This document shows, one piece after another, positions 36,776 through 49,556 of a stretch of 64,000 nt of DNA. The notes below the pieces were generated by a model, which was not told the origin of the DNA, made no database searches, and saw nothing but the letters and a program-made list of their open reading frames with translations. The position numbers were made by a program, and so were the translations under genes. The DNA is from Hydrolagus colliei (lineage: Eukaryota): contig CM068749.1 in NCBI GenBank assembly GCA_035084275.1, forward strand, positions 10,230,001-10,294,000. Reading direction: 5' to 3'. Position 1 is the stretch's first letter; the number at the start of each line of letters is the position of its first letter.

Positions 36776-37759
36776 ATGTACTTTAACTTGCAGCAATACG
36801 TTTGAATGGGCGCTGGGATAGGGGACCAGTGAGAAAATGCAAGGCAGACATAGATCAAAGGGCTTGGTGCTATTTGTGAACCAAATACTATAAAAATTCC
36901 CAACTTATAGCACTCATTATGTGATATAGTAACCTGCATGTACCCAGTTCATTACCGTGTACCAGTGTGCTGACCTTTATAATGTTAGAGCTGTGGTATA
37001 GCACACCATTGCTTGTTTTATTGCTTCTTTATGGTCTGCCAAAGTCCATCTGTTTAAAGCCCATTTCTTCACAGTAGAGTTGGCAATCAACTTTTTTTTC
37101 CTTTAGTCCTGGGTTCAAGGAAATAGGAATAGAACATGAACACTGGCAATCTACAATCCTTTCTGAATGAGGAGTGGTTAAAAAGCTGCGGGTGGGGGTG
37201 GGTGGGTGGAAGAGGGGGAGGAATCAAATTTTAACCTGAATTGTATGATAACTAGTTCACTCCAGATTCCGAAGTTGTCTGAGCTCTCTGGCTCCCTTCT
37301 TGCTCAAAGCTGCCAAATGTTAGGGAGTTTGCTCCCACCAACTCTTTTGAGTAAACATTGTCATTCTGCTCATGTTTGTTCCCACTCGAATCATGTGGCT
37401 TTGTTCTCATCTGTTTCCATAGTTTCCTGTTTATATTGTGGTAAAAGTCTGAATGAAGCTGTGCTATTACCCTCAGGAGAGAGACAAGAGTTTATTAAAT
37501 ATTGCAATTTGGGAGCCTGGGTTCCATGATTCTGTAATAAACCATAATCCTTGCATTTATATTATGTCTGTAATGTCACAATGTCTTGATGTCACATCAC
37601 TAAAAGGGCCAGTTTATCACAGTAAATGAAAAGCAACTTGTGATATAACTTTTTGATGCACTTCTCATTTGATTGTGGTCAAATGGAATGGCTTTATTTT
37701 CTGCAAATACAGTAACAAACGGGATGAGACATTTAGCACCGCTCACACAGGGGATTGTC

Positions 37760-38600
37760 CCAGAACACAACACTTATCTGGGGCAGAGCATGACACCAAG
37801 CCAGGGTGAGGGGGAATGCGACCGTAAGCATGGCCGAGGGGAAGGTCTTCAGCCTCCACATATATTAATAGGGCTATTGAGAATAACAATCAGCTTATGC
37901 AATAACCATGTTTAGAATCTTAAACCCAATCTACTGCTCCTTGTACCTTACTTCAAAACCCAATCTAACAGATTGAAGGCCTTGGAATAGATTAACAGCC
38001 ACCCTTTTGGTGGGAAGATAATGTATGATGTGTAGAGACTTGGAGCAAAAATAGACTGGGTGAGACTGGGTGCTCTGATTGAGAAGACAAGTGTTGGGGT
38101 TTTACCAGCAAGAGTCTGCATAAACACTTGGAGTTCCAAAGCATATGGGCAGAGAGGCTGAAATCCTGGTCGCTGACGGTAGGGCAGATCGGGTGGGAGA
38201 CATGGAGCAGGCCAGAGCCCGCCGAACGGAGGCAGCGGATAGGATGATAGTGGGGTCAGCAAGTCAGAGAGGTAGGAGGGGGCACAGCTGTGGAGGGCCT
38301 TGAAAGTGAGGACAAGAATCTTGAATTCTGTCCTCTGAGCAATGGGGAGCCAGTGGAGTCAGGTGAGGATGGTGGTGATGGGGTCGAGGAACCTGGTGCG
38401 AGAGAGGACATGAGCTGCAGAGTTTGGGATGATCTGTAGCTTGTGGGGGATGAGTTGGAGAGGCTGACAAGGAGGGAGTTGCAGTAGTCGAGCCTTGAGG
38501 TGACAAAAGCATGTGTAAGGGTTTCAGCGGCCTGAGGGGTGAGGCAGTGGCGGAGACGGGCGATGTTGCAGAAGAGGTGGAAGGCGGTCACGGCTGGTCA
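37760..38600 (-). mobile_element. Interrupted L2 LINE ORF2 C-terminal fragment
   Basis: NIARLRHCLTPQAAETLTHAFVTSRLDYCNSLL from the ORF track (38256-38591), frameshifted downstream; KTF-like 3' piece at about 37790-37860 separated by unrelated sequence. Confidence 0.85.
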
Positions 38601-39179
38601 TGGCTGGTCAAATGTTGACTTCATGTATCTTAACAAACTTAAGAGCGATGCATCTCTTTGATTTGGTCAGTTGGGTGTCCAGATAGATGTGGAAATCCAT
38701 CGCTATAGGAAGTGAGGTTTTACAAACTCGCTTTTGTATGTCCTTTACAAAAATGATAACCCGAATACATCTGTGTGCGATTCTCGTGAGCGTTTCAGTG
38801 GTGGATTGCTTGTTTAAAGAAAAGTGCTTAGAGACTTTTATGGCTCTTGGAGAGTTGACTGCCTGCAGAGCATGTGCTGAACAGATTAGGCAGCACGTGG
38901 ACGGGAAGTGTCTCAGTCAGAGAAGCCGCTTTTGACCCAGGAATGATCTAAGATTTCCAGCTGGCAGGCCGTCAGTTTAAATAATAATGAGTCAATTTAA
39001 AGCTCGCCTAGAGGAAAATGTTTGGATGTTTAGCTATGAATGTGATGCTGTAACCTTTAGCCCACTGAGTAATTTACAGGTGAAATCTATATCTTGACAT
39101 TTCGTGCTTGTTCAATAAATGAAAGCTCATTAAAAACAACAAGGTTTATACAATGCAATTGATATCTATCTACAAGCCC

Positions 39180-39420
39180 AAAACAACAGAGCAAGAGGGT
39201 ACAGCGTTTAGGATGCAAAGGGCAACTTCAGGGCAGACACCAGGAAGTATTTATGGTACTGTATTTATCCAGAGAATATCTAATAACTGGAACAGATTAC
39301 CAGGAGGATAGTTGAGGCTATGACGTTCAGAATCTTAAGAAACTGCTTGAAGCTGTAATGGGAGGACAGTTGGGTCGATAATCTGCAAAGCAGGATATCA
39401 AATAGATTGATGGGACTTCT
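39180..39420 (+). mobile_element. Old CR1 3' remnant
   Basis: AGAGCAAGAGGGTACAG...AACTGGAACAGATTACCAGG...GTTGAGGC. Confidence 0.6.
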
Positions 39421-41099
39421 TTTCAAAATCCGAGACTGTTTTATGATCGTGTTGTGAATAAGTGTTGCAAATGCTATTCTCTTCTAGCTGCGTATTCCTT
39501 TCATTTTACCATTGAGGTGCCTCTGTATCCACCTTAGGCGTTGTTGGAGTTTTAAAGTTAGGGTCTTTGCAGCTTCTTGTGCATTACCAGGGGAGATGTG
39601 GAGACTATATGAAACCTGGAGATTCACAACCGGTTAACTGATCCATCCTTCTTTTTCATGGCCAACATTGCAGGTGTTTTTTTTTTTAGGTGGTGGCTTT
39701 TAGCTTGCTGCAGAAGAGCTCAGGACCTCAGAGTTAAGTCCATTTGTGTCAGTTCCAAAGATGATATTTAACCCATTAATCTCTTTGGTTTAGATGGTGC
39801 TCTTAAATGCTGAATCCAATCGATCCCTGGTTGGGGTGTGCTGTTTCTTAACCGCTTTGATCAAAAGATCACAACTTGAGCTTGGTTGAAGAAGTCCGTT
39901 CGGCCTATTTGAAATCCTTCCAGATCACCATTCCATCTACCGTCTTCCGATCACAGTATTAAGCTGGTTTTTTTTTGCTTTTGAAAATGAAATAGCCAAG
40001 CAACCAAGATAGGTAGGCACTTAGTTAGGGAAACTGAAAGTTTCTCACCTTCAATCATACGCTTCTCAGTCGAGCATGTTTTGTCTAGTTGTTAGATTGA
40101 GAAACCAGGTATTTTATGTATTAAGCAGTGTGGTGCTTTGATGTCGAACTGGCCTCAATTTGAATTGTAGAATTCTCTAGCTGAAGGGCCATCTATCAGC
40201 CTGGAGAAGGGAAGTCTTCGAATTAGACTGTTGTTGCATTTTAAAGAAAAATACATTCACATATGCTCATGCTTTTCCCCCAGGAATGAAGTGGTATAGA
40301 CCGAAACATGTACGTTTTGTAATCAGAGAGATGGTTTTGATCAACAGCGCTGTGGTGATTTGGTGTTTAAAGGTTCCTGCAGCTTGATCTGTTTATACAG
40401 GATTCTTTTTCCTTGTCGAGTGGGAATGAGTGAGGGTGGGTGGAGAACTAAACCACATTAAACCAGGTTCCCGAGAAAAACAAACTGCGTAGAAAATCCA
40501 GCAGCTCTATTTTATAACTTTTTAAGAAAATCAAGTTTTTCTTCCCTTAAAAGGGACCAGGAAAAGGGAAAGAATTTGCATTTAAAATTGTCAAATAACT
40601 CACTGTATGTACAAATGTACTACAGATAATATTTTCACAGAGTGTACAGCGACAGTTGGGACAAAACAGACTAGCATTTTTTCAATGGACTTTATCTCCA
40701 TTCACCCAGTGATATTAAAAACATCAAGCTTTTGTGAAAAAGCCTGTGATCTGCCTTCTCTCCACATATTACAAATCTCGAAGTTTGTTTTTTTACATTT
40801 TGGAAAATGACAGCAGTGCTTAGGAATGTTTTCATACATTGAGATGTTTTCTCTCGCGCTCTCCCTCTCTCCCTTCATTGGTGAAATGCAAAATATTTCA
40901 ATCTTTCCCGTTTTTTCTCTTATTTTCAAAGTTAACCCAAAACAATTTGAAAAGATTGTGTGGCACAGATTACTGTATTGTGCATTTTCAGTTTGTTTAA
41001 GGATTAATCGGATTTAAAAACGACACCAGAGCAACAAAGGAGCATTTGTGTCAAACTGCAAAGGAGACTGTTATAAATATGAAGTAGTCCCTTGGCACC

Positions 41100-41500
41100 A
41101 CAAGGATAGCTGTTTTTCTTCTCTCGCTTGCACTCGCGCTCTCTCTCTCTCTCTCTCTCCCCCACTGCTCTTAGAGCAGGAGTCACGCAGTTTGTGTGGG
41201 AGCACGGTGCAGATTAACCCAGCTCAACAGTGTACTTCCGCCAATTGTTTCTGGACATCTCCCATTAAGGTTGGAAAGGGGGGGAGAAAAAAAAGCACCA
41301 GCCTTTTCTGGCGCTTGACAGCTTTCATCGTGGAAGAAGGCGTTTTGTTTTGCGGACTCCTCTGGTAAACCCTGGCTGCTTTTGATCTCCGAGCACAGTT
41401 TGTTTTCAGTAGAGACAGCGAGATATCTGGTGGAACCCCACCAGAGCTGCCTGGAGGATGACTTGCTCGAACAACGCTCTGTATGATTCTGGTTATAACT
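41100..41500 (+). promoter_or_regulatory. Candidate internal promoter/5' UTR (CT repeat, raised CpG)
   Basis: About 14 CpG in 400 nt, (CT)n tract, unique sequence leading to a strong donor at 41557. Confidence 0.35.
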
Positions 41501-41501
41501 C

Positions 41502-41556
41502 ATGCTGAGTCAAGTGCAGAATATGGTCCAAAAGTATGGCTTATTTCCCTTTGTTG
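41502..41556 (+). CDS. Candidate alternative 5' exon of the host gene (MLSQVQNMVQKYGLFPFV-G, phase 1)
   Basis: In-frame ATGs at 41502 and 41523; donor TTG|GTGAGT; product not recognised. Confidence 0.3.
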
Positions 41557-42358
41557 GTGAGTACTGGCATAAGGCAAAAAAAATAATCTGACAATGGAAA
41601 TACATCTCTTTCACGTTGCGACTTCCAAGTATTTGTTTAAAATGAACTTTTGAAAGGCTTTATGAGATTTGCCGACTGCATAAAATTTACTGGCAATTTA
41701 AAGTTGTTTAATATTAATGGGAACTATACGCACAGATTCTTACTTAAATGGAGACTATACGTATACAACCTACATCTGTAATGTAATGTGCCACACATTA
41801 GGATTTTTATTTAATGTATTTAAAGAATACTCTGAATTTGATGATCTTTCCTTCCTTAGTGACCAAGGAATGTGGCAATGGATTTATTTTACCTAATCTA
41901 TTTGCTGATTTAGTATAAGGTTAATATGATGGATCTTGTATTGTTTTGGGCATGTTTGTCACTGGTGAACGTTTATCATAGTATCTATACATATACATAA
42001 GTGCGACCATATATCTTGGATCAAAATTTTATTTTGTACTTTATAAACCCAGGAAAGCTTTTTGCCAAAAAGAAGCTTTTCTTCATGCAGTTGTGTTTTA
42101 TATTTTTTCCATAAATATTAAATTTATCCTGGGATGCTCCATTGGGAATGTAAATTCCTAACCAGCACACTGTAATATTGGCAGACAATATGCATTATCT
42201 TGAAATGGAAAAACTATCTCCTGAAACTACTCTTTATTGATTGATGAAGCGCGGTTCTATATCAGTGCTTGGCATTTTGGTGATGGATAGAAAGCGATTA
42301 GTTCAGAAGCTAAATACTATATTGGTATTTTCCCGGTTTAGCTTAAATAAGTAAGTCC

Positions 42359-42680
42359 TGTAGAGTCCTGTAATTCAGTGATTATTCTTGTTAGCATTCA
42401 CCTCGCAAGCAGGAGACTTGGGTTTGATTCCTGCTAGGGTGAAACTTTGGGCAAGTTTCCTTACTCCACATGCCTGATAATAATCCCTCAAGAAAAAAAT
42501 CTATAATAAATTGGTCACGTCAATCCACAACTGTTCTTGGGACACTACTGTGTGTGTTTGGCTGCTGCATTTTGCCCACAAATATACAGCCAATTCACGT
42601 TACAGTACATGCTGTGAAGTGCTTTGTATCTAGAAGACTTGAAAAGTGCTATATCAAATGCAAGGATTATTATTTTTATT
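42359..42680 (+). mobile_element. Short-type tRNA/Deu SINE
   Basis: Head, TTTCCTTACTCCACATGCCTGATAATAATCCC, diverged Deu core, tail. Confidence 0.85.
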
Positions 42681-43477
42681 ACGAATATCCTGTGCTTGAC
42701 AAGTGATTTATTGGGGTCTTTAGGAGGTTGGAATTTGACTCACTACTATGCTGTTGGTTGGCCTGGTGACCTGACAATGGTGACCTGGTGAGAGATGCTT
42801 CCTTCTCGCACTGTAAGTTTATTGATGTCAGGGTCTGTCCACCATTGCTCACATCACACTTGCCAGGAAGTTCCTGGAAGAGTTGAAAGTGCTGTGCTTT
42901 TTTGTTTCTCTGCTGATATGAAATATATTCCTTAGTGAGAAAAAAGTTTGACCCCCAAGCATCCCATAGTGCCGCACGTCAGGAAATAATGTTCAAGTGC
43001 TTATTGAGCGCTGAACTATGCCATGATTCGTGCTGGGTTTCTTAGTTCAATGGGGTGTTTTGTGAAAGGGGTTTGTGCACAGGCTTGCATTGGACAAAAT
43101 AATCTAGTCCTTGTTTTGTGCATAATATTTTACAGCTCAAGTTTTCTGCAAGTGCTTTGTGCATGAGGAATGTAGTTTTCAATGCAGTTCTTCACACCCC
43201 CTTGATCCAGCTGGTGGTGCAAAGAGCTGTGTAATGTCCAGAACACTCCAAACACTGATTGGTCACTCATTCATGACTGTTTGTGGGACAAACTGCCACA
43301 TTTTGGCGACAAAATACACAGTTAATCCATTTTACCAATACATTCTTTGAAGCATTTTGAGACATCTCAATGACATGGTAAAGTGCTATATCAAATGCAA
43401 GGATTATTATTAAGCACAACAGAGAAATAGTAATAATGTTGGTGTGAATTAGAGCCTTTTAACCAAATGGTCCTTGC

Positions 43478-43755
43478 ATTGGTCACGTCAATCCACAACT
43501 GTTCTTGGGACACTACTGTGTGTGTTTGGCTGCTGCATTTTGCCCACAAATATACAGCCAATTCACGTTACAGTACATTCTGTATCTCAAGACCCTCCTC
43601 TTCGACAGTGCCATCGGATACCCCGTTCTCCCCCATTCCCTCCACCCTCCCCAATCCCACCCCTAGCTTGGGTCCAAAACACTGACTGTCCAGTGCCTTG
43701 GGACGTCCTCAAGGACGATGTGAAAGGCGCTATACAAGTGTAATTTTGTTGTTGT
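43478..43755 (+). mobile_element. Chimera: exact 101-bp copy of 42510-42610 fused to an L2 3' end
   Basis: Identity checked base by base; followed by CTCAAGACCCTCCTCTTCGAC and GTGAAAGGCGCTATACAAG...GTTGTTG. Confidence 0.85.
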
Positions 43756-44007
43756 TTTTGGTCCGTTCAATGTTTCAATCTGAATATTCTCTAATGTCAT
43801 ACGCTTGCTGAATTGTTTCTGAACAGTCAAATCTTTTGTAAGAATGTTTAATTTGAGAATAATTTGTGAAATAGCACATGAGACTACATTTGATCATCAT
43901 TAAGTCAGTCATTAGTCAACAGTTGTAATGAAATTGTAGAGGATTAGTAAGCCAAAGATCTAAAAAGGAGAAATATAACAAGGTTTGGTTGGAAAAAAGT
44001 TAGCATT

Positions 44008-44408
44008 AATTAGATAATAATAATAATCCTTGCATTTGATATAACGCTTTTCACTTCTTCTTGACGTCTCAAAGTGCTTCACAGAATATACCGTAAAGTG
44101 AATTGACTGCATATTTGTGGGTGTAATGCGGCAGACAGTTCTGGATGAAATCTGGTAGCCAATTGTGCACAGTAGTATCCTGCAAACAGTTATGGATTGA
44201 GTGAACAAATTAGTAATGTTTTTTTTAGGGATTATTAGCCCTGGGAAAAGAATCCACCAATTCACTAACAGATGGGTTCCTACTTACTGCTCAGTAAACA
44301 AAGGCGTGTGGAGTAAGTAAACTTGACCAACATTTTGCCCAGCCGGGAATGGAGCCCAGGTCTCTCGCTTGTGAGGCAATTGTTCTGGCCACCGAGCTAT
44401 AGGTCTCC
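44008..44408 (-). mobile_element. Full-length long-type tRNA/Deu SINE
   Basis: Includes central block GCCCTGGGAAAAGAATCCACCAATTC...CCTACTTACTGCTCAGTAAACAAAGGCG. Confidence 0.88.
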
Positions 44409-44789
44409 ACAAGTCTTACAAAGTGCTGTAACCCTATGCATTTTTTAGACAAGAAAGCTATCAGAGATGCAGCTTGGGCACTGTGGGCTAAATAACAATT
44501 GTGTGCTCTATGTTTCTATGATTCAAAATGATTAGTATGTAAGCAAAATGATTAGTATGACACCCAGCATTGAGAAAATTTAACATAAGCACTTGGACTT
44601 GTGACTCCTTGAAACTTGTTGTGTTGGAAGCATGTATTTGATCTTTTGCATTCTTGTGTAATAGATTACACAAGAATGTATAAAGTAAGCAGGTTTTATT
44701 CTTTGGTTCTGAGTCATTTTCCTTGCTAATTGTAGGTGGAAAATTGAATCAGATGTAACTTGATACTGTGCTAAGATCTATAAAATGCT

Positions 44790-45485
44790 GAGTTTTGACA
44801 GGGAGGATAGGGAGAAATTATTGCTGTGGTCAGTGAGCTAGAGACCAGCATCAATTTAAGATTAGATTCATAGATTCATAGATTCATAGATTCATAGAAT
44901 TTTACAGCACAAAAGGAGGCCATTCGGCCCATCTAGTCTGTGCCGGCTCTTTGAAAAGAGCGATTCAATCCCACTGCCCTGCCCTCTCCCCATAGCCTAA
45001 TAGACCTGATCTCCCTAAATAAAGATCTAATTCCCTTTTAAAAGTTGTTATCGAATCAGCCTCCACCACCTTTTCAGGCAATGCATTCCAGATTCGAACA
45101 ACTCGCTGAGTGAAAAAATTTCTCCTCAGCTCCCCTCTACTTCGCCTTGAAACTATTTTAAATCTGTGACCACGAGTCACAGATTCACCCACGAGTGGAA
45201 ATAGTTTTTCTCTATTTGCCCTGTCGAAACCCCTCATGATCTTATAAACCTCTATTAGGTCTTAAGATGATTACCAAACGGGAACGATTAGGAGAATTTA
45301 CATAATGTCCTACAGGAACAGTGTTGAACAGCTTTTAAGAGGGAAGTACAGATATCCAAAAAGGGGACTTTCCAGGAATATAGGGAAAAAGCAGGTAGAG
45401 AGGGCTGATTAGATTGCTCTTTCAAAGAGCCAGCAGAGGCATGATGGAGCCGAATGACCTACATCTGTGCTGTAAAGTTCTATAG
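44790..45485 (+). mobile_element. Old CR1 3' end split by a younger CR1 insertion
   Basis: TTTGACAGGGAGGATAGGGAGAAATTATTGC left of the insert; TTCAAAGAGCCAGCA...GCCGAATGACC right of it. Confidence 0.7.
44863..45261 (-). mobile_element. Young 5'-truncated CR1 LINE, ORF2 C-terminus intact
   Basis: MRGFDRANREKLFPLVGESVTRGHRFKI...FFTQRVVRIWNALP...; (ATTCATAG)4 tail at 44866-44897; TSD TTAAGAT at 44856-44862 and 45262-45268. Confidence 0.95.
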
Positions 45486-45732
45486 GGTGGTTTCTGAGTT
45501 CCTGGTCCTGGAGAGATTGACTATTTACCAATGTGTTAGTCCCATAGGCCCATTCTCCATTTCAAGCTCCAACAATCCTGGTTATCTCTGTGTTTGAACT
45601 ATATAGCAGTAAGGATGAGATTCTACTCACACCTGTCCAAGAAGAGAGAGAGAGATTTTTCCTTGGTTGCAATATCAGCGTCTCATAGTGCTTCATAAAT
45701 AATCACAGTAAAGTGTGGTGACTATCCTCCCG

Positions 45733-45797
45733 ACGCTTTGGGACGTCCTCCCGACGTGAAAGGCGCTATATGAGTGCAATTTTGCTGCTGTTGTTGT
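45733..45797 (+). mobile_element. Very short L2-type tail insertion
   Basis: GCTTTGGGACGTCCTCCCGACGTGAAAGGCGCTATA...GTTGTTG. Confidence 0.75.
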
Positions 45798-46189
45798 TTC
45801 TGTTGACAAAAGGTGGCAATTCTTTGTATCAGCAAAGCCCCAGCAGATAGCCATAAAGTGAAGGATCAATTAATCTGGAGGATCGCAATCCAGGAGAAGG
45901 GGGAGAAATTTATTTTGAACAGTGCCACAGGATTGTTAACATGCACCCAAACAGGCAGCAGGCAGGTGAAAAGGGAGCCAGCCTTTGCTGTTGGTAATGT
46001 TTGCAGGATTATTGGATTGTTGCATGGTACAGCTGTAACATCTGATTCCAGTCATACACATGCAATTCCCTCCTTGGCTTGAGCTACAGCTGGACTGTTG
46101 AAAACTAACAAATCCCTCCCTCAGGACGGATGAGCCTTAAGGTTACTAGGGAAGACACAGCAGGAGATTCCACCACTGGGAAAGTTCCA

Positions 46190-47060
46190 ACAGGCTGAGA
46201 AGTAAATGTTCTCCTGTTCAATAATGGTGATGTAACCATACCTAACAACTGTAGATCCTTCTGCCTGATGTGAATAATATAGATAATGGAATCATTCATC
46301 AGAAAGAAAATAGATTACTTGGGTACAAAATAATCTAATAAACAACAGTCAACATGGATTCAGAAAGGGCAGATGTCTGATTGACGAAGGATCATTTGTT
46401 AGATCACCTTTTCCCTCCACCCCAACCCCTCCCCACATCCCCCCAACCCAGTTATATGAAGAGCTTTGAGACATCCACCTAATGTGAGAAGCACTACATA
46501 AATGTAAATTGATGTGTAATCCTAAAGAAGCCAAGACCCAAACAAACACTGTGTGATTCATGGCTTCTGTCAGGTGTGGCTGGCATCCAGCTGCAGTGTA
46601 AAACCAGTTTGAAAGAGACAAATAGTATTTTGCCTAAGAAGTATTTTGTTTAAGTACAGGTAACTGATGTTCATTTAGTGTACTCAGCATCGGGGTTTAT
46701 TTTGAGAGAGTGAATGAGACTTCTTGGCTGTCGTTCTCCTGAATTACGGATCCTCCGTGCTCATTAACTCCAGTTATGTCCCACTGCCAATTTGTTTCTC
46801 TGAGGTCGGTGCCATCGGTGGTATGTGCCAATAGAAAGATCTTCATAACTGCTACTCCACTGGCTAGGATACAGCCAGGATTCACAGTCTTTAATCTGAC
46901 AATTGACCCATGAAATTGAGCCTGGAGTGAAGAGATGCAATGCAGTTCTTTCTTCAGACTCTAAGTGGTGCTGTTTACAAGTCACCTTAAGCCAACGTTG
47001 AGGAGTTGCTGAATTTGTGTAGAGTATTGCTTTAGTACAGAACAATATGAGGCTGAAGCA
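46190..47060 (+). mobile_element. Old CR1 reverse-transcriptase-region remnant interrupted by a short tail insertion (about 46400-46515)
   Basis: Decayed CCTGTTCAATAATGGTGAT...ATGGAATCATTCATCAG...AGTCAACATGGATTCAGAAAGGGCAGATG corresponds to PxFKKG...MESII...SQHGFRKGRSC. Confidence 0.65.
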
Positions 47061-48660
47061 TGTGTGAGAGACTAGTAAACGTACCTTGGATTACTCCGAA
47101 ATATTATTTCAGATTTCCAGCATCTGCAATAGTTTGCCCTTTGTACCTTGGAATCGTCTCATTTAAGGAAAGCTCAGTTGCACGTACAGAATACAAATGT
47201 ATACATTTGGGTGAAGTTTACTTTCTTAGTTTAAAAAATATATATACCATGCATTTGTTGTAGCTCCTTTCACATCAGAACATTGCAATTGTAAAATATA
47301 TTCAATGAACTTCAACCCATTATTTGTACTCCTGCCGTGAAAGGCGCTCTATAAATGTAATTCTATTGTTGTTGTAAAATGCTATGTGGGCCAGGGATGT
47401 TATATTAATGTTCCATTCATTAAAATTATGAATTTCTACAATGAAATTTATATGTATATAGTATCTTTCCAACCATGTGGACAATTCAATGATGGGCTCT
47501 GCTGACGAGGCACCCGAGCTGGGGAGTAAGAAGTTGAGTGAATTTGAAACTACTGAGATTTATAAACTATTCGCTCCATCAACACAATTTAAGTGACTGA
47601 CTGTTTCCCTTCAAGGGTGACTGGGATTTCTTAGTTTCATTTATCCTATCAGTCACCAGTTCCCGTGACTGTCAGCTGACCATGACCTTAAGAAGCTGCT
47701 TTTGCTGCTTCCAACAAGCGGGATTTTAAAATCTTGCTTTGTCAGTTCCTTAATCAGCAGCAATCTGACTCATGCGTCTAGTGTGCCAGTCTGGCTCAAT
47801 TGGTAGCACTCTTGCCACTGAGTCAGATCATTGTGGATTATGCCTCATTTTGAGATCAACCTAGACTGAGCTTTGACTGAGACTGATCTCAGTCTAGGTT
47901 AACAAACCTACAGTTAATTTTCCTACTTTCCTTCTCCAAACTCTGTGAAGCGCTTTGGGATGTCAATAAGACATGGAAAGCGCTATATAAACTTAAGGAT
48001 TACTTACTTACTAATAGTGCTGCGTTGGCAGAAGTATTGTTAAATCAAGGCCCTATCTGCCTGTTTGGGTGGATGTTAAAGATTCCGTTGCTCACTTACA
48101 GTACCCAAATAATTGGTCATTCATTTCATGGCTGTTTGAGGAATTTTGCTTTGCGTAAGTCTGATGGCCTTGTCTGCCTACAAAGTAGACTATCACTACA
48201 CTTGGTAGTAACTTCTGTAACGTAATTTGAGACATTTCGACTCTTAATGGGCTGTATGCTCCCAACGTGAAGGGACATCTTCCCGACGTGAAGGGTGCTC
48301 TATAAATGCAAGTTTGTTTGTTTGTATCAAATGCAAGGGTTATTATTTAGCATTTTTCACAAATTGTGTCTAAATATTGGAAGGAAAGATATTGGAAGGA
48401 AAGATTCAGGCAATACCACAGACTCTACAGAACGTGGACAGACATTTTGAACTCATTTCATGCTTGAAATCTGTTCAGAAATTGCCTTCACGTACAATAG
48501 CTGACTTTTGAGGTAAAACATTTTTTTAAAAATTCTCTTTAAGACAGTAAAGCTCTCCTCCCTTAAGTTAAGCAAAAGATTGTTATATTTTTGTTACCAG
48601 TTTTCCGGTAAATTGCATCTGCATCCAGTGGATGCACCGAAACACAGAGAGGAAATGAAA

Positions 48661-49022
48661 GCCTTATTGAAAGCTCCTGGGTAGGTCCAGATAATTTTTG
48701 TGTGCAAATGGTTAACATGTGGTGAGAAATGGTTAACATGATGAGAAATCCTGAGGCGCGTATTTATTATGTATGTTAATACAAATGATAGTTACTTAAC
48801 ACTGCTCAGCTGCCAGATTCTATTTCTAAACTGCTGCATTTTGCAAGGAATTCATGATTTCTGGCCCATGAGCCCAGTGCTGAATTTGAGGCCTTACGAG
48901 ATAATGGAGGAGTTCATGGTTCTGTGTTCTGACGTAGTGCTTGGAAGCACTTTCTGTGCTTTTTAAACCAAGGCCTTATTGAAAGCTCCTGGGTAGGTCC
49001 AGATAATTTTTGTGTGCAAATG
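48661..49022 (+). repeat. Exact 50-bp direct repeat (48661-48710, 48973-49022) around a 262-bp spacer
   Basis: GCCTTATTGAAAGCTCCTGGGTAGGTCCAGATAATTTTTGTGTGCAAATG twice. Confidence 0.95.
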
Positions 49023-49344
49023 ACAGCTGTTTTCAAGATGAGTCCCAGATGCAACGGTTTGAAGGGTTTACAAGATGACATGCTTGTTTGGCATTCCAGT
49101 CGGACTTTCCACGCAAACTGCACACAGCAGGGAATTTGAACATCTTGCAATGCAAAAGAATTAACTTTGCACGAGCATTAGTTTAGGGTCAAAGAGATTT
49201 AATGTGAAGTAAATTGCTACATCAAAGTGGGAAGGAAGGGAGGGGGAAATTATCTGTTTTGAAGGTAGATGCTTTAATCTGAATAAGCAACATCCCATAT
49301 GTTCCATCCTTTTTGTGGTGTTGGATGAGAAAGAACTAAAGAGT

Positions 49345-49556
49345 CACAGAATCATAGAAGTTTTCATCATAAAAGGAGCACATTCGGCCCATCTCTTTGA
49401 AAAGAGCTATTCAAATTCAATCCTACAACCCGGCTCTCTCCCCATAGCCCCACAAAGCCATCCTGCCAAAATAACCATCCACTCTCTTTTAAAAGTTGTT
49501 ATCGAATCATCCTCCACCACCCTTTCAAGCAATGCATTCCAGATTCGAACAACTAG
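49345..49556 (-). mobile_element. CR1 3' end
   Basis: TTTTAAAAGTTGTTATCGAATCA...CAATGCATTCCAGATTCGAACAACT shared with 45035-45105. Confidence 0.85.
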
